Below are positions 17,661-27,635 of a stretch of 52,584 nt of DNA, piece after piece (the stretch's first letter is position 1; the number at the start of each line of letters is the position of its first letter). A program made the translations under genes and the position numbers. Location of the stretch: IMG/VR virus record IMGVR_UViG_3300032046_000034, positions 1 through 52,584 of that record; one strand, 5' to 3'. Source of the DNA: a virus. Lineage: Duplodnaviria > Caudoviricetes. The notes under the pieces were generated by a model that searched no databases, was not told where the DNA came from, and was given only the letters and a program-made list of their open reading frames with translations.

Positions 17661-18020
17661 TCATGGCTCCATGTCCGCCACTAATTCGGGCACGCTGTAG
17701 TAAACAGGAATGCCGCTGTCCAGCCCAGCAATCCGTTCCCGCTTGGCTCCCTGGCTGTGCTCCCAGCCTTCGAGCAAGAGCATGGCATCGGCAACTTCCA
17801 GGAATCGCATGTCCATGTCCCGCCAGAAATCGGCCTCGACCTCGGGCGTGATGACCTCGAAATGAGCACTGTTCAGGTGGGGACAGAAGAAGCCGTAACC
17901 TTCGCGGATGAGCGCGGCGGCTGCCTCGCGAGCGGCGGCGATGTTCCTTTCAATCTCATGGTATGCGTAGGAATCATGGGTCTTCCCCATATACGGGCCA
18001 GCGATGTAGACGATCTTCAT
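17661..18020 (-). CDS. Nucleoside deoxyribosyltransferase-like (DUF4406/DUF1937) protein
   Basis: KIVYIAGPY...FCPH...DAMLLLEGWEHSQGAKRE. Confidence 0.8.
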   Translation of the reverse strand: MKIVYIAGPYMGKTHDSYAYHEIERNIAAAREAAAALIREGYGFFCPHLNSAHFEVITPEVEADFWRDMDMRFLEVADAMLLLEGWEHSQGAKRERIAGLDSGIPVYYSVPELVADMEP

Positions 18021-18278
18021 GCTCCTACCTCGATGCCGTAACCATGCTGAACCAGGGCGCGCAGGTGCTCGTCGTGCTTCATTTCGATACAAACTCTTTC
18101 AGCAGGTGGCACCGCTCTGTGCCGCACACCCGCTTGTCGTACCGAAAGGCTAGAACCACGTGGGGGTACTCCCAGCTCCGAGTCGCAACGATGTGCATGT
18201 GTATGTCCTCATTGTCCTGGAGGGCTCTTGCCAGCCTTGCCCACTTGGCAGCAACGACGGCAGGCCGCAGTGGCACCC

Positions 18279-18641
18279 CTAACTCCGTACCGCCTCGCTC
18301 ACCTCCGCCTCGCCGGACTCGACCTGCGGGGCAGTCCACACCCAGGGGGTGAGCATCTTGTCCTTGTCTGCTGGTCGGTAGACCAGCCTCCGCCGTACTC
18401 TCAGGGCCAGCAGGGCCTCAGCCCCGATGCTCTCGGTCAGGGCGGCAAGCGCGATGCCCTCGCGCTTGTGAGACACGGAGTCGGCCTTGCACTGAATGAG
18501 CAGCGGTGGCTCTCCAGCCTTCAAGCACACGAGGTCGGCGGGGCCATGACTACCCGCAGCGCGAATGACCCACCAGCCACGCGATTCCATGTCGCGCTTC
18601 ACGCGTAGCTCAAAGCGGTAGCCCTGGCGGTAGCGAGTCAT
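18279..18641 (-). CDS. Hjc-like Holliday junction resolvase
   Basis: G.RFE..V...MESRGW.VIRAAGSHGPADLV...LIQCK PD-(D/E)xK pattern. Confidence 0.82.
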   Translation of the reverse strand: MTRYRQGYRFELRVKRDMESRGWWVIRAAGSHGPADLVCLKAGEPPLLIQCKADSVSHKREGIALAALTESIGAEALLALRVRRRLVYRPADKDKMLTPWVWTAPQVESGEAEVSEAVRS

Positions 18642-18663
18642 GGCAGCAGGTCTTCCATTGGGT

Positions 18664-18927
18664 TCATGGCCTGACATTCCACGGATTCATCCAGCCGTGG
18701 CGAAAGCCACGCACAAATACCACCGTTGCAAGCGCGAAAGGCCCGAACCAACTAAAGGTGAGCGCAAACCGCCTGTCAGCTTGTACCTTGCCCTGCACGA
18801 TACCGATCAGGTCCGCATATTCGCGCTCGAAGTAGGCGAACGCAAACCCGGCCGCCAAGACACGGCAGATGCCCCACAACAGAACGCCGCCGAGGAGAAC
18901 CAGGGTGATTATCCAGATCGTCGTCAT
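18664..18927 (-). CDS. Small membrane protein
   Basis: Two hydrophobic segments; coupled to neighbours. Confidence 0.55.
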   Translation of the reverse strand: MTTIWIITLVLLGGVLLWGICRVLAAGFAFAYFEREYADLIGIVQGKVQADRRFALTFSWFGPFALATVVFVRGFRHGWMNPWNVRP

Positions 18928-19417
18928 GCCCGCGCCTCCTCCAACTCGTCTAGCTCCTTCTCGCTAGCAGCATGAGCCGCAAGCCAGCGGCCCAAGGCAC
19001 GCTCCATGCGGAGGCAAGGCACGCAGCCGATAGAGCATTCCAGAGAGCCCCCGTGAGCTGACTTCTGCAAGTCCATGATAGTGAAGGCAAGGTGAAAGGC
19101 GTCAGCCGTAGTGAGGAGTCCGCGTTCCTTGGTTCTGAGTGCCATGTCATGCCTCCTTGGTGGGCCGCTGCGCCAGAGTGAGCGGGTCTGCCCATTGATG
19201 CGAACAATGGACAGGTGTTTCTCCGGCGCAGCCGGCCCATGCGCGGCGGGCGGGGCCATATCGGGCCGGATCGTCAAGGCTACTGTCGTGCGGACAGTTG
19301 CCTAGCGGGCCTCACCCGCCGCCGCCAACCCTGGGCTACTAGCCGACGCCTGCCGCTGGTTCCTGGCGGTCGCCTGCTGGTGTTTCTTCCCAGGGCTGGA
19401 GGCGAAGGGCGAAGCTC

Positions 19418-19747
19418 TCATGCCTCCATCGCCTTCCCTGCCTTTGCCACCTTCGGCGTCCAACTCGTCCACTCCGGGATCTCGACGGGCCCGCCCTCTA
19501 GGGACTTGCCGCTGAGGACGTAGGGGCCGACGCGAACGAACCCGCCATCAAGGATGCGATCCAAGAGACCAGGCTTCTCGGCGACCGCCGTCTTCAGCGC
19601 CTTCTTCGCCCGCCGAAACCAGGCGGCGGGATCGGCCACAGCCTCCCGGGCGTCGAAGTAGTCCCCGAGCAGCGCCTCAAGCCCGACGTCCTGGACCTCA
19701 TGCTCATCGAAGGCCCGCTGTGGCTGCTTTGTTGCTGTGACCATCAC
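19418..19747 (-). CDS. Hypothetical protein
   Basis: Coupled ORF with normal composition. Confidence 0.6.
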   Translation of the reverse strand: MMVTATKQPQRAFDEHEVQDVGLEALLGDYFDAREAVADPAAWFRRAKKALKTAVAEKPGLLDRILDGGFVRVGPYVLSGKSLEGGPVEIPEWTSWTPKVAKAGKAMEA

Positions 19748-19925
19748 GATTCCCTTTCTTGCCGTTCCAGCGCGGCTACCGTCCTACCCTCAGCCGCCTC
19801 GCAGACGGCCTGCAAGTGCGCCCGCCAGCAGTCGGCCGAGAACTCGAGTGTCTCATGGAAAAGGAAGACCCTCTTCCAGCCCTCGGACGTGAGATACCAG
19901 GCCCGCGTCGGCTGCGGGACGAGGA

Positions 19926-20735
19926 TCATGCGGGTACCTCACTCGCCACCATCTTCGTGATCGCTGGCCGCTGCCATCGGCGAACCTGTGCCCGACTGTC
20001 ACGCGGCCATAGAATCTGGCCCCCTACCGGCTGATAGAGTTGGGCAAACGGCATCGCCCCCATCTCCCAGACCGCGCGGCATCGCTCCTCGCCCTTACTC
20101 AATGGCTCATGGGCGAAACCCCAGAGGACATAACAGCGTTTCTTGTATCGTGGCAGGAATGCTAGGAGTCCAAGGGCGCGGCGGAGATCGGGCAGAGCCT
20201 CCTCAGAATCAGCAGCGAGGAACACCTGGCCCACCTTGAGGCCCCGGATCTCCTCGGCCATCCAATCCTTCAGTAGGCGAGCATCTAGGCCGCCAGCGAA
20301 CGTGACCGGGCGGCCCTGCTGGTGCAACATCTGAAAGACCCGCGACAGATGCGCCCGGCCAGTCGCCAGGAGGTTGTTATCTTGGACGATCCACCCTGGT
20401 TTGATGTCGAGTAGCCGCATCCGCCCACGCACGATGCACCACGGACACTCGCGTACGCAGCCGCGGCTCGTTATCGTCACGCCTTCCTTTAGGTACATGC
20501 CCGGCTGGAAGTCGTCGCCCTCACCGTGGAGAGCCGGACCGCCAAGTTTCACGACGGCGTAGTATTGGGACCAGTCAGCGGCCAGTTGCCGGCCCCGCTC
20601 AATGTCCCAGGCGAAGGCCACAGACACATGAACCTCATCTGCTACTGGCCGCCAGAGGCCGGGAAATCCCACGACAGCCATCGGGTCCGTGGGCGTCATG
20701 CTTGTGCGACGCGGGAAGACTCGAATCACGCCCAC
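19926..20735 (-). CDS. Radical SAM-like protein
   Basis: TSRGCVRECPWC (CxxxCxxC), DNNLLA, GGLDARL. Confidence 0.8.
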   Translation of the reverse strand: MGVIRVFPRRTSMTPTDPMAVVGFPGLWRPVADEVHVSVAFAWDIERGRQLAADWSQYYAVVKLGGPALHGEGDDFQPGMYLKEGVTITSRGCVRECPWCIVRGRMRLLDIKPGWIVQDNNLLATGRAHLSRVFQMLHQQGRPVTFAGGLDARLLKDWMAEEIRGLKVGQVFLAADSEEALPDLRRALGLLAFLPRYKKRCYVLWGFAHEPLSKGEERCRAVWEMGAMPFAQLYQPVGGQILWPRDSRAQVRRWQRPAITKMVASEVPA

Positions 20736-20871
20736 GCCACCACTGCCTCTTGTAGCAGCCGGCGTATCCGGCGCCGGTAGTGCCGGTGTCGCAGGGCCTT
20801 CCGCAGCGCCTCAGCCCGGGATTTCCAGTTGTGCCCGCCTCCATAGCCGGCCTGGGCGAGTTGGTGGTTGT

Positions 20872-21945
20872 TCACTTGCCAGCCATCTCCCGCAGCCGCT
20901 TGTAGTCAGCGCCCCGATCCGTGATGTCCATCTCGCTCCGGTAGCCCAGCGCCGTCAGGATGTGCCCCTTGCTCTTATAGCCGAGCTTGAGGCCCGCGTT
21001 GAACAGGTCGGCGTTGGTGTTGAGCCGCGGCGTGGCCTTGGCGGGTGCCTCCTCGGGGGGTGGTGCCGGCTCCTGTTCTTGGCCGATCTCTTGCTGCGCC
21101 TCCTCCTCCGAGTAAAAGCCTTCCGGTGTCTCTTCCTCCTCTGGCTCCGGGTGGGGCTCCGGTAGTAGTGCCTCGATGACGGGCTTCGTCATGCTCTCGG
21201 CCAACTCGGCCAAGCCGAACCGGGATGACACCTGTAGGACGTGGACGGTCTTCTTCTTCCCGTTGGGTGCCACGTCCTGGGGAACGACCTTGAGCAGCAA
21301 AGGGATGCCGGCAACGCGCCCACCCGTCAGCATCGCCAGATACTCGAAGAAGCCGTTGATGTTCAGGATCGAGTTGACGCTTGATGTGTCGAGCTGGTAG
21401 ATGCCCAGGCCGGGAGCCTGCGGGATAGCGAATTGCAGCATCATGAGCCGTTTGCACTTCGCAGCGTCATAGGCCGGACACGCCGGGTGATCCTCGTACC
21501 CCTGTCCCCAGCACTCGATGTCATCACGCCTCACGGTTTGCTTGGAGTCATGCTTGGCCCATACATCGACAGGAATGGGCTGCGTGATATCGCCGCTAGC
21601 GCGGGTCAGTGCCTCACGATCAAACAGTGCGTCCGCCCTGTAGCCGTCGCCCTTGCAGACGAGGCCCACAGTGGCCTTGTAGGAGCGGAACCACTGGGAG
21701 GCCACCTTCTCCATATCGTTCGACAGGAACATGATGGGCAATTCAATTGGACCCGGTTCCTCCTTACAGGAGCCATCACACAAGGGAACCTTGCCCTTGA
21801 GTGTATCCAGAACTGCGGGCGGGCAGAGGAAATGATCGAGAGCCTTGGGATATTGCGTCCCTCTGCCGCTGTCTACTTTCCGGCCCAACCGTATCTTTCC
21901 GAGGCGGGGCATCCGCGGACGGTCAGAGACGTTGCGAATCGGCAT
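20872..21945 (-). CDS. Gp3-like recombination directionality factor / recombination protein
   Basis: MPRLGKIRLG.K....YPKALDHF, VCKGDG, CK....LQF, G.YQLDTSS.NSI. Confidence 0.7.
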   Translation of the reverse strand: MPIRNVSDRPRMPRLGKIRLGRKVDSGRGTQYPKALDHFLCPPAVLDTLKGKVPLCDGSCKEEPGPIELPIMFLSNDMEKVASQWFRSYKATVGLVCKGDGYRADALFDREALTRASGDITQPIPVDVWAKHDSKQTVRRDDIECWGQGYEDHPACPAYDAAKCKRLMMLQFAIPQAPGLGIYQLDTSSVNSILNINGFFEYLAMLTGGRVAGIPLLLKVVPQDVAPNGKKKTVHVLQVSSRFGLAELAESMTKPVIEALLPEPHPEPEEEETPEGFYSEEEAQQEIGQEQEPAPPPEEAPAKATPRLNTNADLFNAGLKLGYKSKGHILTALGYRSEMDITDRGADYKRLREMAGK

Positions 21946-21947
21946 TG

Positions 21948-22319
21948 CTACTTCTCCTTCACCTCATCCAACACCGGCCCCAGGTCGGTGGCTTGCGCGA
22001 TGGCCTCATGGGTCAACGTCTCTGCATTGGCGATGATGTGTATCCAGTGATTGTCATCACCTACAGCGCCTAACAAGTCGGCGATGAACCATCCGCCAGT
22101 TTCCACCCGGTAACGGCGCTTTAACTCATCCATTGCCCGCCGCGCTGCTTCTAGCGCCACTAGGAGGTCGGGCGCGGCGGCTATCAGGCGGGCGTTGGCT
22201 AATGCCTCCTCGTACTCACGGTAGTCACTTGCATCTGCTATCAGGTTGCCATCGGCGCTGTAGACAAATCGTTTGAGAGTCTTGTCTACGTGCCACGGTC
22301 CCGGTGTCTGCTCGCTCAT
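21948..22319 (-). CDS. Phage hypothetical protein (TPGPW/ANARLIAAAP family)
   Basis: TPGPW...ANARLIAAAPDLL. Confidence 0.7.
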   Translation of the reverse strand: MSEQTPGPWHVDKTLKRFVYSADGNLIADASDYREYEEALANARLIAAAPDLLVALEAARRAMDELKRRYRVETGGWFIADLLGAVGDDNHWIHIIANAETLTHEAIAQATDLGPVLDEVKEK

Positions 22320-22840
22320 GACCGCCTCGCCCCCGTGGCCGGCAGCCCGCTAGGGCCACGATGCATCGCGCCAGGGCGGCTAGAGTACCGCGGCGGGACA
22401 GGCGGCTCGCCGGTGCCCGTGCCCTCGATGATGAACCCCACGTGTCCTGCTGGGGCTGAGGCCGGCGCGTACTTGCTCGTGTCAAGGTAAGCCAGCTCCC
22501 CGAGGGCCTTGCGGGCTTCGGGTGTTAGGAGCTCATGGAAGTGCAGGCCGGGGCACCCGTCCTTAGTGGACTCGAAAGCCGTGAATGGCGCCGCCTCGGA
22601 CCCTGGCATGGCCAGATAGAAGGCAGCGTTGCACGTCAGCGCCCGGAACTTCTTGAACCAGCCGAGCAGCGCCGCGTTTACCTGCTGCTCTTGGCGAATC
22701 TGATCCTGCTGTTCGCGGATGATGCCGCCCATGAGGATCACGCGATCCTCCAAGGCCAGCCCACCATCCTTTGTCGCGTTCAGGATGGCCTCGATGGCCT
22801 CCTGCTGTGTGAACTTGGTCTTGACCTTTTGTTGAACCAT
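22316..22840 (-). CDS. Hypothetical protein
   Basis: AGGAG RBS; coupled stop. Confidence 0.6.
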   Translation of the reverse strand: MVQQKVKTKFTQQEAIEAILNATKDGGLALEDRVILMGGIIREQQDQIRQEQQVNAALLGWFKKFRALTCNAAFYLAMPGSEAAPFTAFESTKDGCPGLHFHELLTPEARKALGELAYLDTSKYAPASAPAGHVGFIIEGTGTGEPPVPPRYSSRPGAMHRGPSGLPATGARRS

Positions 22841-22876
22841 CGATTATGCTCCTAGTGTCCGTTGATCTACTGGTAT

Positions 22877-22913
22877 GGGAGCCCGTCCTGACCCAGCGTC
22901 AAGGCGGGCTCCC
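22877..22913. other. Strong intergenic hairpin (16-bp stem)
   Basis: GGGAGCCCGTCCTGAC-CCAGC-GTCAAGGCGGGCTCCC. Confidence 0.65.
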
Positions 22914-23091
22914 GGCTTCTTATGGCGACACATCTCCTACGGTGCTGGTAAGCCTGAGTCTGCTAGGCACCTCCTTCCTGATCCCCATCTGACGTCTCAC
23001 CTTCCGGCTGCGTAGGCAGCGGCGGAGACAGTACCCTCGTTCATCGACCTGGCCGTAGCCGTGGCCGTTGACGCAGTAGGCGAGCCGGTAG

Positions 23092-23765
23092 TCAGTCATC
23101 TAGCGTTTCCAGAATCTTGCCGTCGCCGACGTGGGCAAGGGCGTCTCCCCCTGGGGCCCGTGGTATGTGAGACTCGAAGGGCAGGCGGACTGTTGACTCG
23201 GGTACCACCTCGCCATCCACAACCTGTTCATGGCGGTAACAGACCCAGCCTGTAGGCCGGAAGACCATCCGATGCGGATTCCAGATAGACCCTTCGGGAC
23301 AATACGGTGCCCTCGCTGGATCTTGGAGTTCGCGGGGAGTCAGCGCGCATAGTTCGGAGAGGGTGCCAAGCAGCCAGATCGTCCAGGGATTCCCCAGGCC
23401 ATAGAACCCCAGAAATGACCCACCAGCGTCAGGCGGGATGGGGCAAAGTTCCGGGTCAGTCATAATTGCTAACCTTAATCCCTAGCTAGCCCACAATCGC
23501 CGACACTGGCCGGGGACGGCGAATCATGGAAATCTACCCGCCCATCCCGTCTATACCGCTGTGCTAGCGTCCTGAGCCGGTCACTCCGTATTTCCGCGGC
23601 AGGGCGACCCCTGCGCGAAGAGAAGCGATAGTAACAATGGCCGCCATGAGTACAGGGAATGATGGCCATCACCTTGAGGGGCCGACCCAGGCGCAGCCAG
23701 TCAACATAGGGCTGCACGTACAGCGGGCGGGCGTAGTCGCCAACCTCAAACTTCCGCGTCGTCAC
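23092..23765 (-). other. Two hypothetical ORFs (23092-23463, 23475-23765)
   Basis: ORF track; minus-strand operon. Confidence 0.5.
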
Positions 23766-24215
23766 CGTGGCCCCTCCAAGAGTGGGTAGGTCTCAGGCAG
23801 ATTGCCAGCCTTCAGATGCTCGGTGAGTACCTCGCCCATCGTCTGGCCCCCCCTTGCCGATGAGGTAGGGCAGGAACTCCCGCTCCAGGTCAACCAGTCC
23901 ATCCTCCACGGCCACCAACTTTGCCTTGATATGGTTCAGGAGCACCCGGAGCAGCCGGCGCCGTTCCTGATCGCGCTTCTGGCCCATGAGGTCGTAGCCT
24001 GCGCGGTCCTTTGCTGGCACCGCCAGGTCGATACGGAAGGCGAGGTCTTGCCCCTGATACGGCCAGGCGAACTCGATGCGAATCAGGTCCACGCCCGTAG
24101 TCCAGCGCACAGTCTGGACGCCGTGGAGGCGCAGGAGATACTCGATGTCCAGGAGGGACTTGGACTCGGCGACGACTGTGCCCTCATAGTGCCGGCGGGC
24201 TTGATATGCGCTCAC
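23762..24215 (-). CDS. Conserved phage hypothetical protein, apparently frameshifted at a G7 tract
   Basis: Removing one G at 23847-23853 gives GGQTMGEVLTEHL...PLLEGPR*, whose stop overlaps the next GTG. Confidence 0.6.
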
Positions 24216-24371
24216 AGCACGACCTTCCCGCACTTCGCTGGACTCCCCCGGGGGGCCCGCTGGTCAGGCACCATACCGTATATGACCACCCCGCAGACGT
24301 AACAAGAGGCGTCGCCATCAAGCTCTCGGATCAGGTAGCCCATGCGGCATCGTGGACACGGCACCCAAGAA

Positions 24372-24629
24372 TCCGCCCGAGAGCCCGCCGCCGGGGCTGG
24401 TGATGATAAGGAGACCTTCATCTTATTTCCCATTCGCTGGACAACCATGTCCGAACATAGATGTCACGCCACCAGATGCCCTGCCGTTCCCAGTGCCGCA
24501 ACCTGAGCCTGTAGTCACACACAGGGCAGAGACGGGACAGTTCGAAGGTCCGATCCCTATAGGTGAACAGTGCCCCACATAGGCGACATCTCGTTATTTC
24601 CGCCCGAGAGCCTGCCGCCGGGGCTGGTG
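24372..24629. repeat. 31-bp direct repeat with 1 mismatch (24372-24402 and 24599-24629)
   Basis: TCCGCCCGAGAGCCYGCCGCCGGGGCTGGTG; each copy precedes a CxxC Zn-ribbon coding segment. Confidence 0.85.
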
Positions 24630-24692
24630 GCGAGGACGACGGCAGACTGGCCTCGGGCGGGCAACGGAGGGCAGGAAGGGCAGGGTTAGGCG

Positions 24693-26288
24693 TCACAATA
24701 AGGACTCCTGTTTCACGCCGTCGCGTTCGGCCTTGACCATCAGCCGCACGCCCGCATCCCCCACCGTCAGCCGCGTCAGGGCTTGCCTCAGGTATTCCTC
24801 GGAGGCGTCGATCCCAATGCAGCGGCGGCCCAGCTTGACGGCGGCGACGCAGGTGGTTCCGGTGCCAACGAAGGGATCAAGGACGAGGCCGGGCTCGTAC
24901 TCCGGCGACTCACAGCCGCAGTCCGTCCAGCCAGCCTCCTCATGCGTCTCTTGGAAGGGGTTATCGTGTCGGTGGCCGTCCCGTCTTAGGGCGTCCCTGT
25001 GGGCCCCGAGGCGCGCTGGGCCTTCGGGCATGTAGCTCCGTGCCTTGTCGTCTTCCAGTACCTTCTTGACGTTGACGATCCTCACCCTCGCCTTGCCGCA
25101 CTTCACGCAAACCTCGGCGGGGCAGGAAGCCTTGATGCACCGCTCCGGCTCCTCTACCGGGAACGTAGCGAAGTGGGCGGCAGGGTAGGCGGAAGGGGGA
25201 ATGTCGGCCCAGATGTTGCCGAGCGAGCGGAGACCGTCGGGGGAGCCCGCGTTTGAGTAGGTGCCATCGGTGAACACTCCGAGTCTGCCTCGGCCCTCTT
25301 GGTAGGCGTTGTCACCAGCAGCACGGGCACCGTCTTCTCTATAATCTCGCGCCGTCGCCACCCTCACGGCCGCCGCGTCGTAGTAATACTTGCGGCTCTT
25401 GCACAGCATCAGCACCACGCGATAGGCGTCTGTCGGGCGGTCACGCGCCGACTCTGGCATCCATGAGGGAATGATCACCTGCGAGCGCACGATCCAGCCG
25501 TCGTCCTGGGCCGCTATCGCCACGCGCTGCGGAATCAGGCAGAGGGACTTGGGCAGCAGACCGTGTTTCTTGTCACTCTTGATCCAGCCGCCAGTTGGGT
25601 GCCCACCTCTATGATGATCCGTACCAGCATCCCAATTCTGCCCGCTGCCGCCGCCCCTGCTGTCGTCCAGGTCCCACCAGCAGCATCCGTCTTTCCTGAG
25701 CACCCTTCTTATGGCCCGCAGCACTTCGATGGTGTGCTCGACGTACATGGCGACGGTGGGCTCCAAACCGTACCACCCGCGCCAGGCACCACAGAGGGAG
25801 CAGGTGGCGGATTCCGGTGTGACCACGGCCGCATCGTCACCCTCTGGCCGCTGACTACCGCCCTCTAAGGATGAATGGTCGCCTACCTTGCCGCATTGAT
25901 GGTGGCCCGCCTCCTTCACCCACGCTTCCGGCGTTTCCTGGCGGCTCACGCCGTCATGCTGCCACCGCTTGCGGCCCGCGTAACCGCCGGTCACAGAGGC
26001 AGGATGGGGGATGCGCTCGCCCGCATAACAGTCATTCTTGCGCCCGTCGCCATGTGGTAGTTGGCGCTTATTCCCAACAGCCGGTTCGGCGCCCGTGGTG
26101 CTGTCGAGCCTATGCGGGCACCCCGGATCGCCGCCCCAGATGCTCGGCGGGCACGAATATTTCCTCAAACCCCAAAAGGGAGGAGAGCTTATGCAGCACG
26201 ACACGCTCTCGGCGGGCAGGGTCGCCAGCACCTCGCGGCAGTCGCCGTGGAGGAGGGTCACGCCGTCCCGCTCGTAGTAGGGCTTCAT
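24693..26288 (-). CDS. DNA methyltransferase (N4-C/N6-A, beta class)
   Basis: LHGDCREVL, SSPPFWGLR, AHFATFP, VLDPFVGTGTT...GRRCIGID. Confidence 0.9.
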   Translation of the reverse strand: MKPYYERDGVTLLHGDCREVLATLPAESVSCCISSPPFWGLRKYSCPPSIWGGDPGCPHRLDSTTGAEPAVGNKRQLPHGDGRKNDCYAGERIPHPASVTGGYAGRKRWQHDGVSRQETPEAWVKEAGHHQCGKVGDHSSLEGGSQRPEGDDAAVVTPESATCSLCGAWRGWYGLEPTVAMYVEHTIEVLRAIRRVLRKDGCCWWDLDDSRGGGSGQNWDAGTDHHRGGHPTGGWIKSDKKHGLLPKSLCLIPQRVAIAAQDDGWIVRSQVIIPSWMPESARDRPTDAYRVVLMLCKSRKYYYDAAAVRVATARDYREDGARAAGDNAYQEGRGRLGVFTDGTYSNAGSPDGLRSLGNIWADIPPSAYPAAHFATFPVEEPERCIKASCPAEVCVKCGKARVRIVNVKKVLEDDKARSYMPEGPARLGAHRDALRRDGHRHDNPFQETHEEAGWTDCGCESPEYEPGLVLDPFVGTGTTCVAAVKLGRRCIGIDASEEYLRQALTRLTVGDAGVRLMVKAERDGVKQESLL

Positions 26289-26545
26289 ATCGAGTGCCCC
26301 GTGATGTCTGACCAGTCGTACGGCTTCGTCCGCTTCCCCCGCGGCTCCTTCGCCGCGCACTCCGGGCAGACGGTGAGGATTTCCTTGGGGGGGGCGCCGG
26401 CGGGCACCGAGCCTATGCGGAGGCCGGTCGCGGCGTCGGTCGTGTGGCCGCATTCATAGGACAGAACGGTTCCCGAAGGATTCCATTTCTCTAAAGGGGG
26501 CTGCCCTGAAGCAAGAGGTGTAAGCGGAATGGCGGGGTCCGTCAT
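26285..26545 (-). CDS. Zn-finger hypothetical protein, first gene of the leftward operon
   Basis: GAGGT RBS; ECGH...CPEC. Confidence 0.55.
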   Translation of the reverse strand: MTDPAIPLTPLASGQPPLEKWNPSGTVLSYECGHTTDAATGLRIGSVPAGAPPKEILTVCPECAAKEPRGKRTKPYDWSDITGHSI

Positions 26546-26619
26546 GTCTACCTCATGGAGCCTGATGGCCCGGCCCTTCTTGGCAGGCATCCCTGCCTCG
26601 GGCCACCGGCTCACAGGGG

Positions 26620-26648
26620 ATTATGTACGCCGCTAGCGGACTTGTCAA
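26620..26648 (-). promoter_or_regulatory. Sigma70-type leftward (lytic early) promoter
   Basis: TTGACA-17 nt-CATAAT, divergent from the repressor. Confidence 0.8.
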
Positions 26649-26714
26649 TAGGGGGCAACCCGATTTCGGCATTTCGCAATAAAGTCGGTGTTTAGTTGGC
26701 AAAGGGAAACTGAT

Positions 26715-27005
26715 ATGGCTAGCCCCTTGACTTCCGTTCGGGGACGGCGTACATTTACTGTTGCTATGGGGGAACTAGGAACGATGATCCGCACAGCGCG
26801 AGAGGCGCAGAGGCTTAGCCTCCGGGCTCTTGGCGAATTAGCCGATGTCGGTTTCAATACGATTCGTGACATCGAGCGTGGTGACATCGGACGGCCCACG
26901 CCAGAGACCCTACAGGGCCTAGGACGCGCTCTCGGCATCCCCTACCGCGACCTGGCCCTCGCCGCCTATGCTGCCAACGGCAATACCCCGCCGCAAGGAG
27001 ACTGA
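26715..27005 (+). CDS. XRE-family HTH repressor
   Basis: LGTMIRTAREAQRLSLRALGELADVGFNTIRDIERG...PTPETL..LGRALG. Confidence 0.88.
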   Translation: MASPLTSVRGRRTFTVAMGELGTMIRTAREAQRLSLRALGELADVGFNTIRDIERGDIGRPTPETLQGLGRALGIPYRDLALAAYAANGNTPPQGD

Positions 27006-27006
27006 C

Positions 27007-27204
27007 ATGCGAGCAAGAATCCTGGCCCTGCTATTAGTCCTCGGGATGGGCATAGGGACCCTGGGAAGCATAGCGTCGGCCCACCCTACGCCGCACTCGC
27101 CGGCCCTCCCAGTCTGGTGCTGTCGGGACCATGACTGCCGGAGCCCGACGCCGTACTGGCCCTATCCGCGAGTGCCCACGCCATACTGCGTCGCCCACCC
27201 ATGA
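27007..27204 (+). CDS. Small secreted Cys/Pro-rich protein
   Basis: AAGGAG RBS; signal peptide MRARILALLLVLGMGIGTLGSIASA. Confidence 0.6.
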   Translation: MRARILALLLVLGMGIGTLGSIASAHPTPHSPALPVWCCRDHDCRSPTPYWPYPRVPTPYCVAHP

Positions 27205-27305
27205 CCTCTGCCTGCCGGTGAGGAAGTGATGCCCGATGCTCGCTAGAATCCGCGCATTCCTAAAGGAATGGCGAAGGTGAAACCCTACCCCGCCGGAGGG
27301 AAGCG

Positions 27306-27575
27306 ATGACTGAGGTTCCGCCCTGTCCCGCCTTTGTGGCCTATTCACCTTCAGCTCTTACACCCTCAGATAGGCCACTCTATGAATGCTGCCTTGACGC
27401 TGGCCATACTGGCCCCCACGTCACTGAGGACTTGTGGCTCTGGCATGATGGCGAGGAACTCCGACATTTCCCATCCTTTGGAGTCTGTGCTGCCTTCGCA
27501 AGGGCGACCCAACTTTGCTATGAGCAGCGCTTTGGTATCCCCTTCACCCCGCCGGAGCCACCCGATGCTCGCTAG
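27306..27575 (+). CDS. Hypothetical protein flanked by direct repeats
   Basis: GGAGG RBS; CxLxxGHxGxH motif. Confidence 0.55.
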   Translation: MTEVPPCPAFVAYSPSALTPSDRPLYECCLDAGHTGPHVTEDLWLWHDGEELRHFPSFGVCAAFARATQLCYEQRFGIPFTPPEPPDAR

Positions 27576-27635
27576 AATCCGCTTCCTCCTCTATGTCATA
27601 GGCTTATTGCCTACCCCGCCGGAAAGTGACTCCCC

